Below, piece after piece: positions 39,137 to 48,602 of a DNA stretch of 64,000 nucleotides. Made by a program: the position numbers and the translations under genes. This DNA is from an uncultured Verrucomicrobiae bacterium (lineage in GTDB: Bacteria; Verrucomicrobiota; Verrucomicrobiia; Chthoniobacterales; UBA10450). The first letter of the stretch is position 1. Each line of letters begins with the position of its first letter. The stretch lies in NCBI GenBank assembly GCA_963772365.1, contig CAVYXA010000003.1, positions 128,001 to 192,000 on the forward strand, written 5' to 3'. Below the pieces are notes generated by a model. The model was not told where the DNA came from. It worked only from the letters and a program-made list of their open reading frames with translations, and made no database searches.

Positions 39137-39204
39137 TGTAGCGGCGGTCTGTAATCGTGGCCATCTCCGTGGCAAATTTGCGCCGGTCATAGACCGCCGC
39201 TACA
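39137..39204. repeat. GTAGCGGCGGTC REP doublet
   Basis: tgtagcggcggtctgtaatcgtgg ... cgccggtcatagaccgccgctaca. Confidence 0.8.
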
Positions 39205-39261
39205 AAGTCACCGCCGCAAGAGTTATGTGAAACTCTGCGAAATCTGCGGAATGATAAGAAA

Positions 39262-39951
39262 ATGATGCAACCAAAGCGCCTCTTGCTTTTCGACATTGAC
39301 GGCACGCTCATTCATTCCGGCGGCGCGGGCATCCACGCGCTTCGAGTCGCATTGAAGGAGCGATTCGGAATCGACGACGATTTGCACGACATCGAATTTG
39401 CCGGCATGACCGATTTCGGGATCGTGATCAGCATCTTGAACAAGCACAAAATCCCCGCGACCGCCGAGAACGTGACCGCGTTCCTCGACAGTTACGCTCA
39501 TTTTCTCTCGTTCGAATTGCCCCGCCGCAAAGGGAAACTGCTTCCCGGTGTTTTAGAGTTGCTCGAAAAATTGAAATCGCGAAAGCATGTCGTGCTCGCG
39601 TTGCTGACCGGAAACATTTCCCGTGGCGCCCGATTGAAGCTCGAACATTACGGCGTCTGGCATTTCTTCGAATTCGGCGCGTTCGCCGACGATCACCACG
39701 ATCGCAACCAGCTCGGGCCGTTCGCCCGTATTCGTGCGAAAGAAAAACATGGGCGCGAATTTTCTGCCGAGGAGATCGACGTGATCGGCGACACGCCGCG
39801 GGACATCGCTTGCGGGAAAGCTTTCGGCGCGCGCACCATCGCCGTCGCGACCGGCACGTGGAAGCGGGAACAACTCGCCGAGCACAACCCGGATTTTTTG
39901 ATCGACGATCTTTCCGATGTCGATGGTGTGATTGATACGCTCGGATGGTGA
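39262..39951 (+). CDS. HAD-superfamily hydrolase
   Basis: LFDIDGTL, LLTGN, IGDTPRDI. Confidence 0.88.
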   Translation: MMQPKRLLLFDIDGTLIHSGGAGIHALRVALKERFGIDDDLHDIEFAGMTDFGIVISILNKHKIPATAENVTAFLDSYAHFLSFELPRRKGKLLPGVLELLEKLKSRKHVVLALLTGNISRGARLKLEHYGVWHFFEFGAFADDHHDRNQLGPFARIRAKEKHGREFSAEEIDVIGDTPRDIACGKAFGARTIAVATGTWKREQLAEHNPDFLIDDLSDVDGVIDTLGW

Positions 39952-39969
39952 TTGATTGACGAAGGGGAA

Positions 39970-40317
39970 ATGATGAAAAAAACCAGATCGGATATTTCCA
40001 AGCCGATGCGGGACCGGCAGAATGTGCTGCCGCTGGAGGGTGAAATTGATCTGCACATTTCACCGAGCGTCACCGCCTCGCTTCAATCGATGATCAAAAA
40101 GAGACCGGCGAAAGTGGTCGTCGATCTTTCAAGAGTGACTTACATCGACAGCTCCGGTCTGGCGTCGTTAATCGAGGGAATGCAAAACGTGGAGGAATAT
40201 GGCGGCAAGTTTGCCCTGGCCGGCCTGCAGGAAAACGTCCGCACCGTTTTCGAGATCGCGCGGCTCGACCAAGTCTTCGGCATTTATCCCGATGTCGATT
40301 CGGCGCTGGCCGGGTGA
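39970..40317 (+). CDS. STAS-domain anti-sigma-factor antagonist
   Basis: LEGEID, VDLSRVTYIDSSGL, VFEIARLD. Confidence 0.88.
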   Translation: MMKKTRSDISKPMRDRQNVLPLEGEIDLHISPSVTASLQSMIKKRPAKVVVDLSRVTYIDSSGLASLIEGMQNVEEYGGKFALAGLQENVRTVFEIARLDQVFGIYPDVDSALAG

Positions 40318-40319
40318 TC

Positions 40320-40375
<56 letters not shown>

Positions 40376-40430
40376 TGCTCCCTTGGTTTCCTTCGTTTCC
40401 TTCTGTTTGGTTTTTGCCTGCCGAATCAGG

Positions 40431-40586
40431 GCTGTAGAGTCCGCTGTCTCCAGCGGAAGATTCCCGGGAGTTGCTGTAGAGTCCGCTGTCCACAGCGGAA
40501 AATTCCCTTTGGTGAACAAGCTCTGATGCGCTGAGGACAGCGCACACTACAGGGAAACCTTGCGCTGAGGACAGCGCACGCTACAA
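40431..40586. repeat. cluster of four GTAG REPs (two forward, two reverse)
   Basis: gctgtagagtccgctgtc..cagcgga x2; tgcgctgaggacagcgcac.ctaca x2. Confidence 0.8.
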
Positions 40587-40617
40587 CGTTGATCGTTTTC
40601 TTCTGTTTGGTTCTGCA

Positions 40618-41334
40618 ATGCAGCCGTTTCTCACCGCCAATTGGCGCTACCTCGCGATGCTCAATTACACTGTCGATCCTGCGATCGTCGCCCCGCTCGT
40701 CCCGCCCGGCACCGAGCTCGATTTCGAGAACGGCCAGACCTATCTCAGCATCGTCGGCTTTCTCTTTCTCGATACTCGCGTCGTCGGGCTGCCGATTCCG
40801 CTCCATCGCGATTTCGAAGAAGTAAACCTGCGGTTCTACGTGCGAAAAAAATCCGCCGATACCTGGCGACGCGGGGTTGTGTTCGTTCGCGAAATGGTGC
40901 CGCGTCGCGCGATTGCTCTGATCGCCCGCGCCTTTTACGGCGAACCGTATCGGGCTTTGCCGATGAAACACCAGATCGACCATGTCGATCTTCGACTCAG
41001 CGTGGAATATTCCTGGCGACCGGGGCGCAAATGGGAATCCCTCAAGATGACTGCGACCAGTGAGCTGCAATCGATCCCGGCCGGATCGCACGCCGAATTC
41101 ATCACCGAACACTATTGGGGTTACACCTGTGTAAAGGGCGGCGACGGTTGCAGCGAATACCGGGTTGAACATCCGCGCTGGAAAATCTGGAACGCCGAAA
41201 CCTTCGAGCTCAACGCCGATGTCGCATCGCTTTACGGCGAATCATTCGCCGAAACGCTGACAAAGCCACCGCGTTCCGCTTTTATTGCAGACGGTTCACC
41301 GATCACGATTCAGCGCCGCTCAATCGTTCTTTGA
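40618..41334 (+). CDS. DUF2071/YqjF-family protein
   Basis: FLTANWRYLAMLNY, FEEVNLRFYV, EFITEHYWGY, YRVEHPRW. Confidence 0.8.
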   Translation: MQPFLTANWRYLAMLNYTVDPAIVAPLVPPGTELDFENGQTYLSIVGFLFLDTRVVGLPIPLHRDFEEVNLRFYVRKKSADTWRRGVVFVREMVPRRAIALIARAFYGEPYRALPMKHQIDHVDLRLSVEYSWRPGRKWESLKMTATSELQSIPAGSHAEFITEHYWGYTCVKGGDGCSEYRVEHPRWKIWNAETFELNADVASLYGESFAETLTKPPRSAFIADGSPITIQRRSIVL

Positions 41335-41348
41335 GCATGTTTTCGCGC

Positions 41349-41462
41349 GGAGAGCTTTCGGAGTGCGGCGATTCCTTCGCCGCTTTGGATAAGCTTCTTT
41401 TTCACCCCAGAGAGCACGGAGCACGCAGAGATGAGAGACACAAGGAAACCAAGGAAAACGAA
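41349..41462. repeat. mixed intergenic repeat cluster
   Basis: ggagtgcggcgattccttcgccgctttgg hairpin; 9-mers cacggagca/cgcagag; aaggaaacc repeats related to 40383-40410. Confidence 0.5.
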
Positions 41463-41596
41463 GATTTGGTTTCTTAGTAGAGCCTCCCTCATCCTTTCGT
41501 TCGCCCACTCTCACTGAACCCGCCTCCCGAATCCCGGTTTTCATGTTTCCCGCGGGGCCCCAAATTCGCTAGGATCCGACCCGTGCACTGGTATAA

Positions 41597-42385
41597 CACA
41601 CAGGATCGAGAGCAGCGCGCATCCCGCATCGCGCAGCGCTCTTCAGCCTCGTCGAGCTTTTGGTCGTGATGGGCATCATCGCAATCCTAATGGTGCTGCT
41701 GATGCCAGCGTTCACAGGGCTCAATACTGCAAACGATCTAACAAGAGCCGCGTCCACTATCAAGGAAACATTGGATCGAGCGCGCACCTATGCACAGGCA
41801 CACAATACCTACGTCTGTGTGGGTTTTTTTGAAGAGAATGCCGCAAATCCACCAAGCCCGGGCACTGGCAGGTTGGTGATGTTTACTATTGCCTCGACTG
41901 ATGGATCTAAAACTCCGATAACGAGCAGCCCAGTTGATACCGGTCGTCTAAAGCCGGTTACGAAGTTGATCAAGATCGACAATGTTCATCTCCCGCTGTT
42001 GGACGAAACAGGCAGCCAACGAGGCACGGGTGAGCTGTTTGATACGAGACCGCAGCTTCAGAATGATCCTGGAGTGGGGTACAACGATTCTCGATTTGGG
42101 GAGCTAAATTCCTCGCCCACCGCTCCTACAAATCCCAGTCCGTACCCATTCTGGTATCCACTTACGGCGGCCAGCCAAAGCGAGGCCCAATACGTTTTTC
42201 GGAAAACACTTCTGTTCGGCCCAACTGGAGAAAATCGAATCAATAGCACGTACAATGTGCGAAGGGTCGTCGAAATTGGTTTGGTCCAAGCAGCTGGCGA
42301 TTCAGCGTTGTCCTCAACAACCGGCAACCTGATTGCGATTCAAATCGGCGGGTTCGATGGGGATGTAAAAGTTTACAGGCGATGA
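41597..42385 (+). CDS. prepilin-like protein (Verru_Chthon cassette D-like); start lost to an indel
   Basis: FSLVELLVVMGIIAILM type IV pilin N-terminus upstream of ORF 41660. Confidence 0.7.
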   Translation, partial: HTGSRAARIPHRAALFSLVELLVVMGIIAILMVLLMPAFTGLNTANDLTRAASTIKETLDRARTYAQAHNTYVCVGFFEENAANPPSPGTGRLVMFTIASTDGSKTPITSSPVDTGRLKPVTKLIKIDNVHLPLLDETGSQRGTGELFDTRPQLQNDPGVGYNDSRFGELNSSPTAPTNPSPYPFWYPLTAASQSEAQYVFRKTLLFGPTGENRINSTYNVRRVVEIGLVQAAGDSALSSTTGNLIAIQIGGFDGDVKVYRR

Positions 42386-42876
42386 GATCTTCGAGAGTTC
42401 ACAAGTTAGGATTTTCCTTGGTTGAAGTGACGCTCGCGCTTGGCATAGCCGCATTTTGTTTACTCGCTGTTGTAGGCCTCCTACCGGTTGGCGTTCAATC
42501 CAACCAAGCAGCCTTCTCGCAAACCGCCGCAACGTCGATCTTATCCAACGTCGGTGCTGATATGCGCGCTGCAGGTACGAGTGCCTCTTCCCCCCAATAT
42601 GGAGTCTCCTTCAACGAGCGCACAGATTGTTATTTTAATGACGTGGGCGAATGTTCCAGCGACCTGAGTGGTACACTCAATTGCAACCCCGGCGCGCCTC
42701 CTTGGAGTCCCGCAATCCAGGTTCGATACCATGCGGTAATTACAATTCCATCCACCACGACGTACGCCACTTGCGCGAATATTAAAATCTGCTGGCCTGC
42801 AATGGTCGACCCGACATTGGAGGCGAGCAGACCAGCTGGGATTGTCGAAACGGTCGCAGCCTTTGACCGCCAATAA
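42382..42876 (+). CDS. prepilin-like protein (Verru_Chthon cassette B-like)
   Basis: GFSLVEVTLALGIAAFCLLAVVGLLPVG. Confidence 0.8.
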   Translation: MRSSRVHKLGFSLVEVTLALGIAAFCLLAVVGLLPVGVQSNQAAFSQTAATSILSNVGADMRAAGTSASSPQYGVSFNERTDCYFNDVGECSSDLSGTLNCNPGAPPWSPAIQVRYHAVITIPSTTTYATCANIKICWPAMVDPTLEASRPAGIVETVAAFDRQ

Positions 42877-42887
42877 GGAGCGACGAC

Positions 42888-43812
42888 ATGTCCAAGAGAA
42901 CCGCAGCATTTACTTTGGGCGAACTTCTTATCAGCCTCGCTGTACTCACGGTTCTTGTTCTCTTCGTGGGCCAGATGTTTAACGGGGCGATGACTGTCGT
43001 TTCCCAAGGCACTAAGCACATGGAGGCCGAATCTCATGCGCGACCGCTGTTTGACCGACTGGCTGTGGACATCGCACAGATGGTAAAGCGGACAGACGTG
43101 AGCTTTTATCTCAAATGCGCCGGGGACCCCATGTCCGGGACCAACGATAGGATAGCATTTTTTAGCGCTGTCCCGGGGTATTACAACGACAGCAGTTGGG
43201 GTTACAATAGCGGCTACTCAGTTGTCGCCTACAGGGTAAACACCGATTCGACGAAATCGCAGTACAACAAATTGGAGAGAATGGCCAAAGGCCTGCCTTT
43301 AAATGGGGCTTATTCCGGTTCTGCGCGAATGCCACTCTTGTTTTTGGACAACGGTTCTCCGCCTGCTACAGCAATCGGTCAGGCGTGGCCGGATGCCATT
43401 GCCCCCGCCGGAGAGTCTTCCGACCCATATCAGAGATTTGAGTTGGTCGGGCCCCAGGTGTTTCGATTCGAATATTATTACCTGACGAGTGCTTCCCCTG
43501 CGAGTCTCGTTCAATATCCGGCATCTTCTTTGAAGGATCCTGCTCTTGATTGGTCAACAGTGTACAAGACCAATATTCGGGACATATCCGCGATAGTCGT
43601 GGACGTCGCAGTAATTGATCCGCAAAGCCGACGGATACTTTCCAAAGTGGACATCGCAACCCTCACGTCTCAACTGGAAGATTACGGAAACGGGATGGGG
43701 CCGGGTGAGCTTTTAGGTCGGTGGCAAAACACGATCGATTCCTCCAATCTTCCGCACGCGGCACTTCAAGGTATCCGCTTGTACCGAGCGTTATTTTTAT
43801 CTCTCCCAATGA
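42888..43812 (+). CDS. prepilin-like protein (Verru_Chthon cassette C-like)
   Basis: AFTLGELLISLAVL; removing one C near 43785 gives ...IRLYERYFYLSQ* with an ATGA overlap to the next gene. Confidence 0.7.
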
Positions 43813-46139
43813 GAGCACGAAAGTCGCACCTGTTCGCGCGGGCCCATGATGGAGGGGCTGCCCTGATCATCGTGCTTGCTCTAGTAGTGCTTCTTACTGG
43901 CCTGGCGGTGGCCTATTTATCCCGGGCGACGACGGATCGACAGCTTTCACATGTAAGCTACAATAACACTGCGGCCAACGTGCTCGCACGTAGTGCTCTA
44001 GACATCGTTGTCGCCGATTTTAGGCACGAGATCGCCAGTGGCAGCAATCCAGCACCGATCCCGGGAGGAGGGGGAACTTGTTATTTTCCATTGGAAAATA
44101 CGAACATGATGCCGCAACGAATCGGCAGCGCTGACACAATTCCAAATCTTATCCGACGTAGCGACCAATCGGACGCCGCCAGTCGCGCCTCAGCGCTTAG
44201 TTCAACTGAGAACTCAGCTAATGGACGATCCGTGAGTCGTGCTCGTTGGAATACTCACTATCTAATTCCGCGGAGCGCCGATGCGGCTGCGACCTACACC
44301 GACACGACACCTATTGGTGACTTTGCTGCTCCAGATTGGGTTTTGATCACGAGAAATGGCCCGGCAGTTCTGAGCTGGGGCAGTTCACTGAAAGATCCAA
44401 GCGCAACCAACTCTGACTATGTCGTCGGCCGATACGCTTATGCCGTCTACGACGAAGGCGGCCTCTTGGATATCAATGTCGCAGGATATCCACAATCGGC
44501 TTCTGCGCCTTCAGTGATGGATATTGGAAGGAAAGGCATCAATGTCTTCGCCGATCTCACGATGCTGCCTGCTACAACTGGCGGAAATCCCCTCACGTCC
44601 ACAGCGGTTAACAAAATTGTTCTCTTTCGCAATTACGCAACCACCGGCAGCTCGACGACATTAGGCGCTACCACGTCCTTCAACTCCACAGCGACTGCCA
44701 ATTTTGTAAATTACTACCTCGGCAATCCCCAGACCGGCACAAGTTCCGATTTCGGAATCGCCAGACGGTACTCCAGCTCATCAAGCGGATCGCTCAGAAC
44801 AGACCAAATTTTCCAGAACAGAGGCGAGTTGATCAAATTTGCTACAAATTCGTCGATCGCGAACATGCCTAATGCATTGCAATATCTCGGCACATTTTCG
44901 CGAGAGAAGAACCAGCCCAGCTGGCCTCAGGCGAATTCAATCACAATAAGTGGGAATGCGGTTGTGTTCCCTTCGAGGTTCGCCATGTCAGACCTTGATA
45001 TTATGCCCGGCCACCCACCGCCTCACGATAGCGCTGGTCTGCATTGGACTGACCCCGCATATACAGAAGAGCCTCCGTCCGCTCTGACATCACATGGCTA
45101 CTGGCAGTACTTCGGTCATGGCGGTAGTTCTTCCCTGAACCGAATCCCAGCGATTTTAAATCCGCAGGGTACAGTGAATTCAAATGCTGATCTCCCGCAG
45201 TACCTGAATTATTTTTTGTTTGGTGGTTCGTCGTGGTCCGGGACATCTGATGACGCTGATCCAAATCATCTTCGCACAACGTTGTCCGTTGTAGCGGCGC
45301 TGATAGATCAGTATGACCCGAACACCGACGAATACACTGACACAGGCAGTCTCTCCGATTGCCCCGGGAGCCCCTGTGGTGGGAGCACCACGACGAGAAT
45401 CGATTGGTCGGGTGGCACAGTTTACGGGGTTGAAGAGACTCCACCCGACCCCCATCGGCCGTATGTTTCTCCTACCGGTCTTTTAACAGATCCGGCTCCT
45501 TCGAATCCGCCTGCACCAGCGGCTCCTCCGGGCTATTACGCGATCAATCGTCCATTTCGGAATGTCGGCGAGGTTGGTTACAGCTGGATTTGGTTCCCAA
45601 GCGCAAACCGCACTTTTGATTTCAAGGACCCTGAAGATCGAATATCTCTTCCGGATCCTGCTCTTCTTGATCTTTTCACATACAACACCGCCGCTGTTCG
45701 CTCAGGGACGGTGAACATCAATACACGCCAGCCATATGTTCTGGCCGCAATCCTGCGAAGAGCGATCACCACGGATTCCACGGCCGCTACAGTAAGCGGA
45801 ACAAACGCCTTAACTGCGGCCCAACAGATTGTAAATGCGACCGCAAGCAGCCCGGCAAAAAGTCGAGCCGATATAGCGAGGCTTGCGAGTGTGGTTACGC
45901 CCTTTATATCTAGTGAAGAAACGCGCGAAACTGTCGCTCGCGCTCTGGCCGAATGCACTCAAACCAGAACGTGGGGACTCATGATCGATGTAATTGCCCA
46001 AACGGGACACTATGGGCCAAATGCCAATAGTCTTGCCGATTTTATTGTCGAAGGAGAAAAGCGCTGCTGGCTCCACATCGCGATTGATCGGTTTACCGGC
46101 GAGATCCTCGATGAGCAGCTGGAGCTGGTGAATGAGTAG
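43809..46139 (+). CDS. large PilX-like protein (Verru_Chthon cassette A-like)
   Basis: GAALIIVLALVVLLTGL, VVGRYAYAVYDEGGLLDIN, C-terminal GEKRCWLHIAIDRFTGE. Confidence 0.75.
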   Translation: MRARKSHLFARAHDGGAALIIVLALVVLLTGLAVAYLSRATTDRQLSHVSYNNTAANVLARSALDIVVADFRHEIASGSNPAPIPGGGGTCYFPLENTNMMPQRIGSADTIPNLIRRSDQSDAASRASALSSTENSANGRSVSRARWNTHYLIPRSADAAATYTDTTPIGDFAAPDWVLITRNGPAVLSWGSSLKDPSATNSDYVVGRYAYAVYDEGGLLDINVAGYPQSASAPSVMDIGRKGINVFADLTMLPATTGGNPLTSTAVNKIVLFRNYATTGSSTTLGATTSFNSTATANFVNYYLGNPQTGTSSDFGIARRYSSSSSGSLRTDQIFQNRGELIKFATNSSIANMPNALQYLGTFSREKNQPSWPQANSITISGNAVVFPSRFAMSDLDIMPGHPPPHDSAGLHWTDPAYTEEPPSALTSHGYWQYFGHGGSSSLNRIPAILNPQGTVNSNADLPQYLNYFLFGGSSWSGTSDDADPNHLRTTLSVVAALIDQYDPNTDEYTDTGSLSDCPGSPCGGSTTTRIDWSGGTVYGVEETPPDPHRPYVSPTGLLTDPAPSNPPAPAAPPGYYAINRPFRNVGEVGYSWIWFPSANRTFDFKDPEDRISLPDPALLDLFTYNTAAVRSGTVNINTRQPYVLAAILRRAITTDSTAATVSGTNALTAAQQIVNATASSPAKSRADIARLASVVTPFISSEETRETVARALAECTQTRTWGLMIDVIAQTGHYGPNANSLADFIVEGEKRCWLHIAIDRFTGEILDEQLELVNE

Positions 46140-46182
46140 GGAAAGTCAAAAGCTGAGAATCTGAAACGCTGAAAAAGCTCGG

Positions 46183-46245
46183 CTACGATTTGGGTTTGTC
46201 GAACTCGATGGATGCGAGGTCGGCGAAGACGGTGCCGATAAAAAT
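46183..46245 (-). pseudogene. orphan diverged copy of the 3' end of the DUF3108 gene
   Basis: IFIGTVFADLASIEFDKPKS* versus IFIGNVFAELQSIQFDKPKP* at 47041-47103; 50/63 nt identical. Confidence 0.8.
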
Positions 46246-46255
46246 GAACTCGATC

Positions 46256-46828
46256 TTAGCTATGCAGTTTGCGTCGAATCATTCCGATGCTGGTGATTGC
46301 CATGCCCAGTAGGGCTATTGTCGAGCCGGAGTCGGGTACCGGTAAATCAATGTCGGACTGAATATTTATGAATACCGTTTCGCCTCGATCGTTGAGGTAG
46401 GTGCCGACGAGTTGCAGATTCCCTGTCTCTATTACGGTCGCGGTTGGCGTCAGGTTAACAAACATGTTGGGATCAGAGAAAAAATCGACCACTGTGTAAA
46501 TGCCGTTTAGTCGATGAACGAAGACCTGATCGGAAAGGGGGCCGCCTGGAGATTCCAAGATGTTAAAGAGGTAATAATCGGCAGATAAGCTTATACCGAT
46601 ATGGCTGGCAGTCGCATCAGCGGGATATCCAGGAGGAATGAGTGGGGAAGATACGTGATACGTCTCGCTACCCGGAACGTCGTTATTGAAGATCATTAGA
46701 ACGGTGTCGCCAGAAAAATGGACGCCTCCTTCGTTGGGAAGCTCAACGAAGTTGAGGGTGACCGCGGATACACTGCCGCTGACGGCCAACAAGCAGATCA
46801 GAACGAGCAATTTCGGTAGAATCTTCAT
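46256..46828 (-). CDS. VPDSG-CTERM exosortase-target surface protein
   Basis: Signal peptide; C-terminal VPDSGST, TM helix and RRK. Confidence 0.88.
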   Translation of the reverse strand: MKILPKLLVLICLLAVSGSVSAVTLNFVELPNEGGVHFSGDTVLMIFNNDVPGSETYHVSSPLIPPGYPADATASHIGISLSADYYLFNILESPGGPLSDQVFVHRLNGIYTVVDFFSDPNMFVNLTPTATVIETGNLQLVGTYLNDRGETVFINIQSDIDLPVPDSGSTIALLGMAITSIGMIRRKLHS

Positions 46829-46840
46829 GCGCTCAGTGTA

Positions 46841-46857
46841 AGCAATGATAATGCCAA
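46841..46857 (-). promoter_or_regulatory. sigma-54 -24/-12 promoter
   Basis: Minus strand TTGGCATTATCATTGCT, near-consensus, 12 nt before the ATG. Confidence 0.75.
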
Positions 46858-46932
46858 ACGAATTTAGAAATCTATAAGTGGCTATCGTTCAGCGATATAA
46901 TCATATGGGTCGAAATCAGTGTTTCTGAAAAA

Positions 46933-46952
46933 TGTAAAATGCACCGACAAAA
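46933..46952 (-). promoter_or_regulatory. putative enhancer (bEBP site)
   Basis: Minus strand ttttgtcggtgcattttaca, matching 31293-31312. Confidence 0.6.
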
Positions 46953-47040
46953 TCGCTGGACCGGCGTCTTCCTTGCCAGCTGCCTTATCGTTTAGCTCTG
47001 GTCTTCTCCTGTGGTGAATTCTGACACGCGAAGCCTACTT

Positions 47041-47854
47041 TTACGGTTTGGGCTTATCGAACTGGATCGATTGCAGCTCGGCGAAAACGTTGCCGATGAA
47101 AATTTGAGCTTCGGCCCGGAGCAGAAGACGGTCGGAATCATCCGAGACCCAGAGCGTGGCTCGCCGGAATTTGTGGTGGGGTTCTAATTTCATGTTCTTG
47201 TCGATCTTGTCGAGGTGGAGATCGATTTTGATAGCTTCGTAATTCGCCGGCATGGACGGCGATTTTTTCCCGCCCAGTCACAGTGAGCGTAGCCAGATAC
47301 GGTGTCGCGGCGGGATAAACGACCACGCGATAAACGTTTCCCGGTTTGAGCGCCTGGCTCCGCAAATAAAGCGCGGCAGAATTCATGTCGAAATTCGGGA
47401 GATTGAAATTCTTTCGTCTTCATTTCGCCGGTGCGCGGGTTATCGGTGCGTGATCGTCTGACGCTATCTCTCGTGAAAGTGGAACGGGTCACGATGGTTT
47501 TTTTCGATAGGCTTCCATCTGGCGCATCTCGATCGGGCGAAGCGTTTCGGCGTCGGCCACCGCGTGATGAGTGGTGTCCAGTTTCCAGAGGACACGAGCC
47601 AGGCCAATGGTGCGGCCAACGCCATCCACCTGAAGATGATTGGGGGCGGCGTGGTGAATGGACGTCGCCGGTGGCGGCGGTGAATCCCAGCCCAGCCGAA
47701 ACGATAGGTCGCGCGAAGCGGCCGCAGCGCGGGGAAATCGCCGGGAGGATTTTTTGTGAGCGTCGATTGCCAGGATGGCGCGGCCAGGCAGGTCGTTAGC
47801 CAGATCAGATCGAAGATCAGGGCAATCGAGAGACGGCCTCGGCTCGGCGCGCAT
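47041..47854 (-). CDS. DUF3108-like exported protein (many indels)
   Basis: RATYRFGW, SAALYLRSQAL..G, WVSDDSDRLLLRAEAQIFIG. Confidence 0.6.
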
Positions 47855-47902
47855 TGCCGATAGGGCGAGCCGTCGGTTTGGCCATTCATTGCCGGTACAA
47901 GA

Positions 47903-47934
47903 AAACACACGCGAGTGATTGCTCGCGTGTGTTT
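47903..47934 (-). terminator. intrinsic terminator after skp
   Basis: 13-bp stem aaacacacgcgag/ctcgcgtgtgttt with a T run on the minus strand. Confidence 0.65.
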
Positions 47935-47985
47935 CCAAAATGTTGAAAGTGAAAATTTAAGGTTTCGCCGGGCTGGCTGCCGGTT

Positions 47986-48549
47986 TTACGCCCTTGTTGA
48001 GCGGGCAATGATCTCGGCGGTGAAATCCATGTTCTCCGGTGAATACATCACCACCGGCACACCATTGAGGCTCATGCCGGATTTATCAAAGACCATGTCC
48101 ATGTGATTGGCTTTAACCTTGGTCATGACCACATCGGTGATTTCCTTCACGATTCCCTCGCGCATCCGGAGCGCCTGTTCCTGCAACTGCCGCTCTCGGG
48201 TCTGGCGGAACTCGTTGATCTCGCGCTCCATGTTTTTGATGTTCGCGATTTTTTCATCGCGATCCTTGGCCAGCTTGGTCTTGGCATCGGCGCTAGTAGC
48301 GGAGGATTCGAGCTGTTTGTTGAGATTGTTTATTTCGTCGAGCGCTTTCTTATAGCTGTTGGCCCGATCGTCGTATTCTTTTTTGGCGGCATTTTTGGCC
48401 TCGTTGATCTTGGCCTCGGCATCCTTGGTTTTACTGTATTCCTTGAATGCGCGCTGCATATCAACCGTGCCGACCTTGAGTGTCTGGGCAAAAGCCGCGG
48501 CCGGGACGAGAAGCGCGGTAGCCAGAGCAATAGAGAGAAGTTTTTTCAT
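47986..48549 (-). CDS. skp: OmpH/Skp periplasmic chaperone
   Basis: Signal peptide, LKVGTVDMQRAF, coiled coils, DMVFDKSG; follows bamA. The true stop is probably 47957. Confidence 0.88.
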   Translation of the reverse strand: MKKLLSIALATALLVPAAAFAQTLKVGTVDMQRAFKEYSKTKDAEAKINEAKNAAKKEYDDRANSYKKALDEINNLNKQLESSATSADAKTKLAKDRDEKIANIKNMEREINEFRQTRERQLQEQALRMREGIVKEITDVVMTKVKANHMDMVFDKSGMSLNGVPVVMYSPENMDFTAEIIARSTRA

Positions 48550-48602
48550 AAGCGGTGCTTAAGATGGTTGGAAACTTTTAGACTGCAAGCCATTTGATTC
48601 GT

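Noticed and set aside
45290..45301. REP inside the large pilin-cassette gene (tgtagcggcgct)
   Set aside because: Only about 12 nt match, with no hairpin or partner arm; probably chance.
42888..46139. Novel 1083-aa pilin fusion protein
   Set aside because: Removing one base near 43785 gives two genes with an ATGA overlap at 43809-43812, and the second has its own hydrophobic N-terminus.
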